A stretch of DNA of 63,579 bases, filler included, from Octopus bimaculoides (taxonomy: Eukaryota), in assembly GCF_001194135.2 (NCBI RefSeq). It is 12 parts of 11 records of this genome, joined end to end, with 100 filler letters (N's around TTAATTAATTAA, not from the genome) between each part and the next. Parts side by side here need not be neighbours in the genome. Positions count along the whole stretch, not along the records: positions 36,788 to 44,124 come from NC_068988.1; positions 44,225 to 46,295 come from NC_069006.1; positions 46,396 to 49,123 come from NC_068982.1; positions 49,224 to 52,396 come from NC_068995.1; 8 more parts are not named here. One strand, given 5' to 3'. Position numbers and translations under genes: made by a program. The notes beneath the pieces were generated by a model, which saw nothing but the letters and a program-made list of their open reading frames with translations, was not told the origin of the DNA and searched no databases. How positions within the stretch are numbered: the stretch's first letter is position 1; each line of letters begins with the position of its first letter. Positions 36,688-49,254 of the stretch are shown one piece after another.

Positions 36688-36788
36688 NNNNNNNNNNNNN
36701 NNNNNNNNNNNNNNNNNNNNNNNNNNNNNNNTTAATTAATTAANNNNNNNNNNNNNNNNNNNNNNNNNNNNNNNNNNNNNNNNNNNNC

Positions 36789-37163
36789 GGTGGATTTTGT
36801 GTACGTAGATTTAAGCTTTCTGGTTTCCCTTTTCTGCGCTCCCGCTTATTTTGTTGTAAGTGGTTATCTACCTTGTTTAGCTGGTGGTGTTTGGGATGGG
36901 CAAATTTGCAGTTTCGTCCCTTTTCCCCGTGCCAGCAGGTACCATTTAGGTAGAATTTACAGATCTGTTTCTTTTTCTTTTTCTCTGTGTGACGTGTTTG
37001 GTCTTGAAGCCTGTTTGTGTTTACCGTCTTCTTGTCTGTTCTCCTGTCTTTGTCGTTTGTGGTGCAGCGTTGACTGTATTCACCATGGTCATTGCATCCC
37101 TCATCAGTGGCTACAGCACTGGTGGCATCTGCCTTGTCTTGGTGACTTGGTGATCCTGTCTAT
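36789..37163 (-). CDS. ATG-less open frame with a CCCH-like zinc finger (probably LINE ORF1 fragment)
   Basis: About 125 open codons: ...TEKKKKKQICKFYLNGTCWHGEKGRNCKFAHPK...; C-x7-C-x8-C-x3-H at ~36896-36961; runs into the gap at 36788; absent from the ORF track because it lacks a start codon. Confidence 0.6.
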
Positions 37164-37463
37164 GTATCTATTTACATATATATGTTTGTCTGTCTGTTTC
37201 TATATCTGTCATCCTCAATATATATATATTGCAGTAAATATTCTCGTGGTAGATAAGTGACTTCTTTTTGCAACAAACAGCTGGTATTATGATACCGACA
37301 GTCTCATAGGAGTCTATTCGCAATTGTTCAATCGTAGTTAATTACTGGGAACAACACCTGTATAATTGGATCGATAAGTGGAGTAATGCAATCGTCTTAA
37401 GACTTCAGAATTGCTTGCTATTCCTGAGATGTGTATCAACCTTTAAAGGAATTTTGTATATGA

Positions 37464-37498
<35 letters not shown>

Positions 37499-37904
37499 TG
37501 TATGTATGTATGTATGTATGTATGTATGTATGCATGCATGTATGTATGTATGCATGTATGTATGTATGTATGTATGTATGTATGTATGTATGTATGTGTA
37601 CATGAACACATACACACTAAACGCTCTCGAACAAGGTAACAAAAAAGAAAAATGCCTACTAACGAATTTCACCGTACTGAGACTGGTGGATCAAAAGAAA
37701 TTGGTGGAACCTAAAAAGTTAAACAGTCAAAAATTTAAAACACAACCGGACACATCGTTATGTAGTATAACAAAGAACAAGATGTGTTCTGTTGCGCATA
37801 TCTGCTGCCTTCTGGAGAAAAATATGGTTAGAAAAATACAAGAGAAAGAAGACAGCTATAGATCATCAAAGTTCAGTACCCAACATACACTTTCAGCTTC
37901 ATAC

Positions 37905-37992
37905 CTATCATTATTGGAGCCACATGATACATACCAACCCGTCTTCAGCAAAGTATTGTTTAGGGAGAGAATGTTTATCTTTAATTCATATC
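37905..37992 (-). CDS. Candidate exon, MAM-like repeat
   Basis: ttttcatttgtag|GA TAT GAA...AAT GAT AG|gtatga; reads GYELKINILSLNNTLLKTGWYVSCGSNND(R). A 93-nt intron with a strong polypyrimidine tract and ccag at 37812 continues in phase 2 as RRQQICATEHILFFVILHND. Confidence 0.5.
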
Positions 37993-38403
37993 CTACAAAT
38001 GAAAACGATATCTTGGACTAGAATAGTCTGCAAAACCTTAAAATTTAAAGGTTGATCGTTAGTAGAAGTTACTTCCGTTTGCACCTTTGCTACTAAGTAG
38101 GTGGCCGGTTAAAATTTCCTCTAGTATTAAATTAAAAAAAAGAAGAGAACACACAGACACACCCACACACATAGACACGCACGCGCACGCACGCACACAC
38201 ACACACATACATACACACACACACACACATACACACACACACACACAAACAAACACCTGACTATTTGTTGTACTGAAATATATCTGGTGTGTAAGTTGCG
38301 GGTAATATATGGTGCGTGAAATACTATATTGTTTCATTGGCACCCTCACAATAAATACTTATGCGTATGAATAATTGTTTTTCTATCTATCTATCTATTT
38401 GTA

Positions 38404-38882
38404 GAGAGCTTGTCTCTCCTGTCAGTCATTAGATAAGCCCGTGGCTACGATTTGCTCTAATCTTATTTCTACCAATGCTGGTGCTAACTTGCACTCTTAG
38501 TCACTTGTTTTAGATTGTACTTTTGCCTTTGGTTGTAAATTGCAAATAGCCACCTTAATAATTTATATTTTTCATTTTACCATTTTACGAGATCAGTCAC
38601 CTATTGCTATGGTATTTTCTATAATCTGACAAGGCGAGTTAATTTTAGCCCTCGGCAACTGGGTAAGGGTCACTGATGAAAGTTGATTAAAACCGAAATC
38701 ATTGATGATCTCAATCTATTTCACCTGCAGTTGGGAGATTGTCTCTATTGTCAGTCATTAGGTAGGCGCTTGCCTGTGGCTAAGAGTTGTTTTGACTCTT
38801 ATTTCTAGCAATTTTGGTGCTGACCTGCACCCTTAGTCACTTTAGTGAAGATTGTGCTTGTGCCTTTTGGTTGTAAACTACG
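38404..38882 (+). repeat. ~330-bp partial tandem repeat (about 1.4 units)
   Basis: 38404-38543 aligns with 38733-38882 (tgtctct..tgtcagtcattag..gtggcta..cttatttcta..ggtgct.ac.tgcac.cttagtcact..agattgt.ctt.tgcc..tggttgtaaa); period about 329-338. Confidence 0.85.
38662..38717 (+). ncRNA. Degenerate type I hammerhead ribozyme
   Basis: CTGATGA (38673-79), A-AGTT gattaa AACC stem II with one mismatch, GAAA (38695-98), stem III ATCA-ttga-TGAT, C at the cleavage position (38710). Stem I agggtca/tcaatct is 5 of 7 paired including one G-U. Confidence 0.6.
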
Positions 38883-38958
38883 AACACACACGCGCGCGCG
38901 CGCACACGCAGACAGACAGATACACACACACACACACACACACGCACGTACACAAATG

Positions 38959-39811
38959 CACGGGTGACCAAAAGTTACTGAGGGTTTGCAATTTTTTATA
39001 ATGCTTTTATTTTTTCACACTGTTCTTTTCTTTTCAAGTTTTTCTTTATGGACTAGATCCTGGAAATTAATTTTTGAAAAATATGGCACCACACAACGAA
39101 CCCAAGTGGTGAAATTATTCTGTCAAAATCAGCGTTCAATTATTGAAACCAAGGGAGCATACAGTTAGCATTTTCAAGTGAGAAATGTCCCAAGTAAAAA
39201 CACAATTAAGAACTTAGCTCGAAGCTTTGAAAAACAAGGAGCAGTAAGTCATCTACCACGATCTGAAAGACCTTGCACTTCAGAACCGATAAGGCAAAGT
39301 TACGAGTGCACGTGGACCCGTAGGCAGTCTAGACAGCGTGGAATTTGAAACTTCGCTGCAAAGACTTCTCAGCAGCTTTAAACTTTTTTTTATACAAAGT
39401 TCAGTTGATTCAGCAGTTGAAGCCCCAGGACTATGAATTCAGGCGCCAATTCAGGAATCCAGGTATTGGCACGAAATGACACAAATTTTATACAAAATCG
39501 ATCATGCCTGATGAAGCTCACTATCATTTGAATGGTTTCGCCAACAGACAAAATTGCCAGTTTCCAGTTTTGGAGCTCTGAGAATCCTAGACCAAAACAC
39601 TAAAGATAATTGCACCCCATAAAGTGTGAAGCAGAAAATGGACGCCATTTAAATTTTCCATACGCAACGCAGAGCTATGATAAAAAAAGACTAATGCAAA
39701 TTAATGTCAATAATCTCGTCGATATTGAATTAAAATTTCATGCACCTATTTGTAAAAATAAAGGAGATATCAAAAATTAAAACCCCTAAGTGACTTCTGG
39801 GCTGCCCACAG
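38959..39811 (+). mobile_element. Tc1/mariner-superfamily remnant (DUF4817-type HTH), internally deleted
   Basis: EKYGTTQRTQVVKLFCQNQRSIIET...NVPSKNTIKNLARSFEKQGAVSHLPRSERP; DEAHYHLNGFANRQNC..; degenerate TIRs sharing aagt[t/c]act[g/t]aggg; TA after the right end. Confidence 0.8.
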
Positions 39812-39815
39812 TATA

Positions 39816-39859
<44 letters not shown>

Positions 39860-40267
39860 TATANNNNNNNNNNNNNNNNNNNNNNNNNNNNNNNNNNNNN
39901 NNNNNNNNNNNNNNNNNNNNNNNNNNNNNNNNNNNNNNNNNNNNNNNNNNNNNNNNNNNNNNNNNNNNNNNNNNNNNNNNNNNNNNNNNNNNNNNNNNNN
40001 NNNNNNNNNNNNNNNNNNNNNNNNNNNNNNNNNNNNNNNNNNNNNNNNNNNNNNNNNNNNNNNNNNNNNNNNNNNNNNNNNNNNNNNNNNNNNNNNNNNN
40101 NNNNNNNNNNNNNNNNNNNNNNNNNNNNNNNNNNNNNNNNNNNNNNNNNNNNNNNNNNNNNNNNNNNNNNNNNNNNNNNNNNNNNNNNNNNNNNNNNNNN
40201 NNNNNNNNNNNNNNNNNNNNNNNNNNNNNNNNNNNNNNNNNNNNNNNNNNNNNNNNNNNNNNNNNNN

Positions 40268-40305
<38 letters not shown>

Positions 40306-41045
40306 TTCTATATATATGTATATATATATATATATATAGGTAGCTATCTATCTATATATAAATAGATAGCTAGCTAGATAGATAGATTGATAGCTGGACA
40401 TGTAGAAATGCCAGTAAGTGTGTTTGCATGCAGATACATACACCTATGCTTTCATTAGTGCATATGTACCTTGTACCGTCCTCGGACTCTCGTGTTTCTG
40501 AAATTGCTGGTATGATGTGTTTAAATATAGATTACATAATGGGTTAATGGGATCACTTGATCACTGCATGGTTGCAATACGATGGATTGATGGTTTACAT
40601 ATTATGTATCATGCTGCATAAATGCGTGTTTGCGTGTGTGTATGAGAGAAAGAGAAAGTAATGGAAACGAGGTGGGGTCAGATTGGGTTGGATTCCAGGT
40701 CTACCAGTTGCTCACTGATGTGAATATTCGTATTCATATCGTAGAGAAAGAGCTGCCAAAAATGTAAGATACAAAATTCAAAGATTTTTCCTTCACTGTA
40801 TTGTAGCAACGTTATTTCCGATCACTGTAGAATGGTATCGGTGCAAGTGTGTGTTAAACTTTGTGTGTATATGTGTGTATGTGTGTATCTGTGAGTGATA
40901 TTAATCTATTACTCAAAATAATGCGTAACCTTGAACAGTAATGTATGTATAGTATATCTTGAGGGTCCACTTGTCATAATTATAGTGTGTTTATATTTTT
41001 AATTCGTGAGGGCGTCATTGTTGTAGTATTATTGTGATCTATTGA

Positions 41046-41250
41046 AGGCGGCGTGCTGGCAGAAACGATCGCACGCCGGACGAAATGCTTAGCAGTATTT
41101 CGTCCGCCGTTACGTTCTGAGTTCAAATTCCGCCGAGGTTGAATTTGTCTTTCATTCGGGGTCGATAAATTAAGTACCAGTTGCATATTGGACTCGATCT
41201 AATCGACTGCCCCCCCCCCTATAAATTTCGGGCTTGTGCCTTGAGTAAAA
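41046..41250 (+). mobile_element. SINE family B (CpG-intact)
   Basis: aaggcggcgtgctggcagaaacgatcgcacgccggacgaaatgcttagc...ttctgagttcaaattccgccgagg. Confidence 0.85.
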
Positions 41251-41439
41251 AACATTATTGTGATCCCGTGTAGAGTGGTGATGGAGAAACTTAGGAGGCA
41301 ATGGTAGCATGTATTGTATGATGCAGTGAATTTTAGTTCATAAATTTTAATATGAAGAACCATTAAAAAAAAAGGTAGAAAGCTGACATTTCTGCTTTGC
41401 GAGTTTTATTGAGATTCTGATGCCGGCGAGGTGACCAAA

Positions 41440-42530
41440 AATATAAAAAAAAAACATGTTATTCATTGCATCTCATGGTCAAGAGGTATTGAGTAGTAGA
41501 ACTTGCAGTGAGTGGTTTAAATTTTAAATAAGTATATGAGTGGAAACTGGATGAAAAAATGACAAAATGGAATCCTCCTGCAAAAGTGAAGGATTTTCCA
41601 CTGAAATTAATGTTGGCATTATAAACATTCATAATAATTTGAAGAAGTCAGAATAAATTTCAAATTTTTGAAAATAGGTTGCTCATGTGACCTACAAGTT
41701 CGATTTTTAAACAGAATTTTTTCTGAAGACGACAAATGGTTTTTAGAGCAGTGAAATATTCAGTACAGTCGGAATTTAAAAAAGCTGAACCACATCCATG
41801 AGAATTTTAGGAACAGTTTCCCGGTATCTGCGGTATGTATATTGCCCACCTGGACGAGGATCCGATCCGTTGCAGAATTACATATTTTTGCCAGTTGGTT
41901 TGACTGGAGTAATGTGAAATGGAGTACTTTGCTCAGGAACACAATGCGTCGTTCGATCCACGAATCGAAATCACAATTTCACCAACATGAGTCCAGCACC
42001 ATAACCACAACGCTGCGCGCCTCCATCATAAGGGTTTCACCAAAGAAAATCTTATTTAGCTTTTGTCAGGAAATGGAAAGAACTATTTATTAGACCCGAG
42101 AGAAACAAAATCGTCTGAAGTCTACTATATGTGCAATACAGTGTATGGAGATAGCTTTGGCTAGAAAAGTTCCGCTTCAATTAACCGCAGAGAGGTTTCC
42201 TTTTCACCGAGTTAATTCTCGAATATATACCTCACCGGTCACGAAAAAAATTTGTAGAATTGTTTGATAGAAAAGAGAAAGAAAAAAGAAAAAAAACACA
42301 CCACTATATCCTCCAGACATTGTTCCATCAATCTCAACTATTTTGAGTCTTGGAAAACCACTTCGACAGTAAAATATGACACAAACAGAAAAAAAAAAAT
42401 TGTTCAATTTCAAACTTAGGGTATTTTTCTAAGCAGACATCCGAAAAACTGAAAAATTGATGGAAAGAAGTGAGAAAAAAAAGAAGAAAATAGCTTCGAT
42501 GATTAAATTTGCAATACTAAATCACATTCT
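41440..42530 (+). mobile_element. Highly degraded mariner (Mos1-like) transposase remnant
   Basis: GQEVLSSRTCSEWF near 41478 (HTH, compare GE.ALS.RTC.EWF) and PLYPPDIVPS...SLENHFDSK near 42300 (compare HPPYSPDLAPSD...SL.N.L.GK). Confidence 0.6.
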
Positions 42531-44224
42531 AGTACTTTAAAATGAAATATCAAAAACAACGTAATACTTTCTATACAAACGAATTTTATTTGTATGTATG
42601 CATGTATGTATATATGTATATAATGTATACACAAGTACATTCCATACATATATACGTACAAATATATACATATATAAATACATTTATATATAGAAATTTA
42701 AAGATATATAAAAACATATACACATACCTATATACAAACATAAGTATATAAACACATAGACAAACATACATTACATACATATACTACATACACACACACA
42801 CATATGTACATATATNNNNNNNNNNNNNNNNNNNNNNNNNNNNNNNNNNNNNNNNNNNNNNNNNNNNNNNNNNNNNNNNNNNNNNNNNNNNNNNNNNNNN
42901 NNNNNNNNNNNNNNNNNNNNNNNNNNNNNNNNNNNNNNNNNNNNNNNNNNNNNNNNNNNNNNNNNNNNNNNNNNNNNNNNNNNNNNNNNNNNNNNNNNNN
43001 NNNNNNNNNNNNNNNNNNNNNNNNNNNNNNNNNNNNNNNNNNNNNNNNNNNNNNNNNNNNNNNNNNNNNNNNNNNNNNNNNNNNNNNNNNNNNNNNNNNN
43101 NNNNNNNNNNNNNNNNNNNNNNNNNNNNNNNNNNNNNNNNNNNNNNNNNNNNNNNNNNNNNNNNNNNNNNNNNNNNNNNNNNNNNNNNNNNNNNNNNNNN
43201 NNNNNNNNNNNNNNNNNNNNNNNNNNNNNNNNNGTAGGTATAGTTAGAATATAGATAAGTGTAGTGTGGTGTTACCGTATGTGTGAGTTAGAATTTTATT
43301 GAAGGATTTTTTCATTGAAGACCGTTTTCTTTTTTTATTTACATTCTGCGATAACGTAAATGTAACACGGATATAGAGATTTAGTGTAATATAGCGTGGT
43401 AGTCCTAAGGTATACTTTTGAAGTTTTTTGCTAGTTTACGCTGAATTGATACAATATTAAATTTTATTTTTAATTGTGTATATTGGTGTGTGCTAGAGTT
43501 TATTAGAGAGAATTTTATTTAAGAACATTATCATTATTATTATTATTATTATTATTTTTTAAGTGTGTTTCTGTTTAACCAAGTTCCTCTAGTTTGAATG
43601 TTATGATTATTAATTTTTTAAAAATTGTTTTCTACGGTATGATTTCTTTCTTTCTTTATTTATTTTGATGATTATTGCTCTAACGGATTTTTAAAAATTT
43701 TATAGCGTTCTAAATTGATCAGTAACTGAATTTTATAATATACAATTTTTAGGTTTGACTTAATTTGCCATTTGCTCGTTCCTTGCACATTTGGGATGAA
43801 CAGTTGTGTGCTATCTATTACCTTTTCATCCTGTTTTGTATATTTTCATGGGTCAACTATGGAAATTGGATTTGAATGTTTTCTGTTTTTATTGGCTGCG
43901 TATTACTACTAATAATAATAATGATAGCAATAATAATGGGACCCTGAAGAGATGGAGTATCCTATATTTTATAATATTTTATATGTATTAATCATTCTGG
44001 ATGTTCCATCGAAATGTACATAGGTCAATTTCATTATTACTATTATTATTATTATTGTTGTTGTAATAAAGTATTTTCAACGAATCAGTTTTGAGCTCTA
44101 TTTACAGTTGATATATATATATATNNNNNNNNNNNNNNNNNNNNNNNNNNNNNNNNNNNNNNNNNNNNTTAATTAATTAANNNNNNNNNNNNNNNNNNNN
44201 NNNNNNNNNNNNNNNNNNNNNNNN

Positions 44225-44270
<46 letters not shown>

Positions 44271-44357
44271 GTGTATACATCTATATATGTGTATATATAT
44301 TTATGCATACATATATATGTATAAATGTATATATATATATACACATATGTATATCTG

Positions 44358-44388
<31 letters not shown>

Positions 44389-45345
44389 ATATATATATAT
44401 ATATATTGACTGAATGAAAAAATGAATATATATGTATGATAAATATACATACACACACACACACATGTATTGTATATGCTAATTTTTCTCTTGAAATAAT
44501 TTGCATCCAAATCGTTGTTATTGTTGTTATTAAACCTGATTCACTGTCATTCATGCGTGACCAATTTCATCAAATGTCTCTTTTGGTCTCCACCCCTCCA
44601 CNNNNNNNNNNNNNNNNNNNNNNNNNNNNNNNNNNNNNNNNNNNNNNNNNNNNNNNNNNNNNNNNNNNNNNNNNNNNNNNNNNNNNNNNNNNNNNNNNNN
44701 NNNNNNNNNNNNNNNNNNNNNNNNNNNNNNNNNNNNNNNNNNNNNNNNNNNNNNNNNNNNNNNNNNNNNNNNNNNNNNNNNNNNNNNNNNNNNNNNNNNN
44801 NNNNNNNNNNNNNNNNNNNNNNNNNNNNNNNNNNNNNNNNNNNNNNNNNNNNNNNNNNNNNNNNNNNNNNNNNNNNNNNNNNNNNNNNNNNNNNNNNNNN
44901 NNNNNNNNNNNNNNNNNNNNNNNNNNNNNNNNNNNNNNNNNNNNNNNNNNNNNNNNNNNNNNNNNNNNNNNNNNNNNNNNNNNNNNNNNNNNNNNNNNNN
45001 NNNNNNNNNNNNNNNNNNNNNNNNNNNNNNNNNNNNNNNNNNNNNNNNNNNNNCTTCTTCTTCTTCTTCTTCTTCTTCTTCTTCTTCATCGGCAGCAGCA
45101 GCAGCCAGCGACAAAACTCAATCTTTCCAAACTATCCGTCTTACACATGATTCTACAACTTTTTCCATAAAAGACCACTTTAACAGGGTTTCTTTTTTTT
45201 TTTTACCATGTTTAATCACCTTCCCTCTTATAAACAAGCTTAACTGTTACAATTACTTGGAATAAAGGAAAAAAATCTTTTAAAAATGGCTGGTTCTACC
45301 GGCTTTGTCCTCTCCTTTTCGTTCCACTTCTGTAAAACTCTGCCA

Positions 45346-45377
<32 letters not shown>

Positions 45378-45759
45378 ATCTGGTGCCAATTGTCCAATAA
45401 CTTACATTTCAAGCCGTATCTCTCAGAAATCTCCAACTACGAGAATTGCATCTTGACCTTTTCGTTGAGTTCCACAATTTCTTATAATTCTATCAACATA
45501 ACAGTTATTTTATTCAATTATTTTCTCTGAATGTTTAACTCAGTCACCAAAACATTGATTTCACCCAGTTAGTCTCAAAGAATGTTGGATTCCATTAGGT
45601 GTTCCAGCATGGCCACAGGCACCAGCTGAAACTGTTAATAGAATAACAGAACAACATTCATCTCACCTAGTTATTTTCAATGTGGTAACTTTATCATTTT
45701 AACAATCACCTCACCTTGTTAGTCTTGGTGCAGAGGGACGATAAAGCAGAATATTTGAA

Positions 45760-45990
45760 TGACATCCATGGATGGCTTTGTGGTATGGATAAGGACGGCC
45801 GTGTAAAGAAGTGCCGAGCTCTAATTGTGGAGGGTGCCTGTGGAAGTGGTAGACCCAGGAAGACGTGGGACGAAGTAGTGAGAAAGGATCTTCGGACACT
45901 GGGCCTCACTGAGGAAAGGATAAGCGACCAAGGGCTGCAACGATTTGCTGTACTTGATGAGAAATGTGAAGCTAAGTAAAATTGCAGTCC
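45760..45990 (+). mobile_element. RTE LINE 3' end
   Basis: MDKDGRVKKCRALIVEGACGSGRPRKTWDEVVRKDLRTLGLTE...RFAVL, with the typical RTE C-terminal RGRP..TW motif. Confidence 0.85.
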
Positions 45991-46163
45991 TCCACACGTA
46001 CAGGCTTCTCCTTTGCAGGTGCTGGGGCCACATAAGTTTACGAGCAAGCTGTTCTATTGACAGCCTGCTAAGTTACAGGGATGTAAACACACCAACATTG
46101 GTATGTCAAGCAATGGTGGGAGGACAAATACACAGATACACACACACACAGCCGCTCCTGTGC

Positions 46164-46197
<34 letters not shown>

Positions 46198-46395
46198 ACA
46201 TATATATATATAAATAAATCATTATCATTATCTACACTCCCCCATCACCTCCGCCTCTGCATCATGGCACAGCAATCCCTCCTACCAACCCCCTCNNNNN
46301 NNNNNNNNNNNNNNNNNNNNNNNNNNNNNNNNNNNNNNNTTAATTAATTAANNNNNNNNNNNNNNNNNNNNNNNNNNNNNNNNNNNNNNNNNNNN

Positions 46396-46602
46396 TGTGT
46401 TTGTCCCCTCCCAACATCGCTTGACAACAGATGCTGGTGTGTTTACGTCCCGTTACTTAGCGGTAGGGCAAAAGAGACCGATAGAATAAGTACTAGGCTT
46501 CCAAAGAATAAGTCCTGGGGTCGACTTGCTCGACTAAAAAGCGGTGCTCTAGCATGGCCGCAGTCAAATGACTGAAACAAGTAAAAGAGTAAAAGAGATA
46601 AA
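46396..46602 (+). mobile_element. SINE family A tail
   Basis: tgtttgtcccctcccaacatcgcttgacaacagatgc...gactgaaacaagtaaaagagtaaaagag. Confidence 0.85.
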
Positions 46603-46627
46603 AGAGGTGTAAAACCATGTTAGCTGA

Positions 46628-47351
46628 GTGAAGCGCGCCGCTAACAAAGTGTTGATCTTGTCCGACGAAAAGATCTTCACTGTGGAGGCAGTTACCAACA
46701 GGAAGAGTGACAGGCTTTATGCGCGTAATGCAGGAGACTTGCCTGAAAGTAGCAGGAGTCATTTATACCGCCAGAAGCCAGTGGCACATGATGGGTCCAG
46801 GTCTCCCTTTGTCTTCATTGATGCTGGTGTCAAGATCAAGAATGAAATTTATGTAGAAATGTTGGATGAGAAAGTGTTAACTCGGGTCACAGAAACCTTT
46901 GGTGACTGTTACAACTTCACTCGAAATGGGGCTCCGGCCCACACATCCAATTTGACACAGAGCTGGTGCAATGAACATTTCAGTGGTTCTTGGGACAAGG
47001 TGATATGGCCTCCCTCAGGTCCAGACATCAATCCGATGGACTTTGCTATCTGGTCCATCTTAGAGAGTAATGTTTCTGCTCGCTCCTTTTCAGATGTGTC
47101 AGATTCGAAAAAAGCCCTTCTGTCTCCATGGGTTAAACTGAATGAAGAGGTGGTACGGTGCTCATGCAACTCAGTGACCACTCGTTTGAAGGCTATGATC
47201 AAGGAGAAAGGTAATCCTTTTGAGATGTAGTTACAGCAATGGATTGACAGTTTACACTGGAACATGTGTGCCAAATTTCATTATCCTACCTTAAGTTTAT
47301 TTTGAATAACCAAGAAATATCAATGGGTAAATCTTTCTGGGACACACTGTA
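46628..47351 (+). mobile_element. Tc1/mariner DD37D (maT-type) transposase, 5'-truncated, with right terminus
   Basis: ILSDEKIFTVE...RNGAPAH (D replaced by N), 37 residues, then D in WPPSGPDINPMDFAIW; short internal deletion around the VMVW motif; ends ...tttctgggacacactg|ta. Confidence 0.9.
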
Positions 47352-47861
47352 TATTATGTATATATATATATATATATATATNNNNNNNNNNNNNNNNNNN
47401 NNNNNNNNNNNNNNNNNNNNNNNNNNNNNNNNNNNNNNNNNNNNNNNNNNNNNNNNNNNNNNNNNNNNNNNNNNNNNNNNNNNNNNNNNNNNNNNNNNNN
47501 NNNNNNNNNNNNNNNNNNNNNNNNNNNNNNNNNNNNNNNNNNNNNNNNNNNNNNNNNNNNNNNNNNNNNNTTAAAATTTTGTCAGAGATATTTTTAACAT
47601 GTTTCGGTTCTTGTAAAAACGAACCTTATCAAAAATACATATTTAAAAAAATTAAATTAAATGAAGAGTTCATAATTGTTCTTTACTGGTGTCAATAGTC
47701 CACGTGGGACATTTTTTGTTGGTTGTAGTAGTAGTAGTGACCGTGTTGGTAATGGTAAATGGCTGTGACCTCTGTCCGTGTCAGTAGCAATATATATATA
47801 TATACACATACATGCTCTGTGTCTCGGGCTTTGTGTTTGTATGTCTCTCTTTGTGCCTGTA

Positions 47862-47948
<87 letters not shown>

Positions 47949-48047
47949 ATCTATATATATATATACACACAAACGCAAATGTGCATGTATATTTGTGTAT
48001 ACATATATATGAAACATATATATATGTACGTATATGTATACACACAC

Positions 48048-48078
<31 letters not shown>

Positions 48079-48134
48079 TCTATCTATGTATCTATCTATC
48101 TTACACACATCACACGCATATATACATACTCATG

Positions 48135-48166
<32 letters not shown>

Positions 48167-48471
48167 TACATATACACACATCGTACTACTTATGAATAAG
48201 TTGTGTCATTGATGAGGTAATAACTCAAAACTGAATAGAGTAATGTGATGCATTGATGCAGTATAATAAGACGAACAAAGGTTTCATCCTTTAAAGCTTC
48301 ACCAAACAAAATTGCAAAATTATATTAATAACAATAATTAATATTTACAAACTCATTAAATCTTCAGGCAAACACATCTCTTCGCTGTTTACAATAAGCC
48401 ATCTTGGATGATATTTCCTGTCATGTGCATGATAATTCCATGATTGAAGAAATATATATCTTAAAACTTAC

Positions 48472-48557
48472 GGCAGTATTGAAGTGAAATAAATCAGGCT
48501 TCTTGTAAACCGAGTTATCGTTCGTGGTTAGCATATACATTTCTATGATTTTCATAC
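48472..48557 (-). CDS. Candidate exon (possibly of the MAM-like gene)
   Basis: tatcttttaag|GT ATG AAA...ACT GCC|gtaagt; reads GMKIIEMYMLTTNDNSVYKKPDLFHFNTA; no partner exon placed. Confidence 0.35.
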
Positions 48558-48741
48558 CTTAAAAGATATAGGTTGATGGCTCATGGCTAAGTGTGTAAAA
48601 ATGATGTAAACAATATTTAAAATAAATTGTTCTGAAATGCTTTATACGGTTTCTCATATAATATATGAATAGATAAACTGCTAGCACTATATAAATATAA
48701 TAGTTTCACAACTGGAGTAATAGAATTTAAAAGATTATTTA

Positions 48742-48787
<46 letters not shown>

Positions 48788-48807
48788 NNNNNNNNNNAGA
48801 GAGAGAG

Positions 48808-48848
<41 letters not shown>

Positions 48849-49223
48849 GAGATAGAGAGAGATAGAAAGAGAGAGAGAGAGATAGAGAAAGAGAGAGAAA
48901 GGGAGAAGGAGGTTCTCTAGAAAGTCTGTTTGGTCTTGCATCATATGTGGTACCGTTGTTGTTAGGTCTCAAAAATCTTCAACGCGGTGCCCCAGTATGG
49001 TCGCAGTCAAATGACTGAAAAAAGTAAAAGATATATATATATATGATAGTGGTACATCAATGTACCGATATTTACTGGAAATAGCAGTCGATAATATATT
49101 ACGCTATATCAAAGCTTCATTGTNNNNNNNNNNNNNNNNNNNNNNNNNNNNNNNNNNNNNNNNNNNNTTAATTAATTAANNNNNNNNNNNNNNNNNNNNN
49201 NNNNNNNNNNNNNNNNNNNNNNN

Positions 49224-49254
<31 letters not shown>

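Noticed and set aside
36790-37260. 156-aa plus-strand ORF
   Set aside because: It is the antisense of the CCCH-finger frame on the minus strand and shows no motif of its own.
37470-38021. 183-aa plus-strand ORF
   Set aside because: It starts in (TATG)n and overlaps minus-strand candidate exons with strong splice signals; probably a shadow frame.
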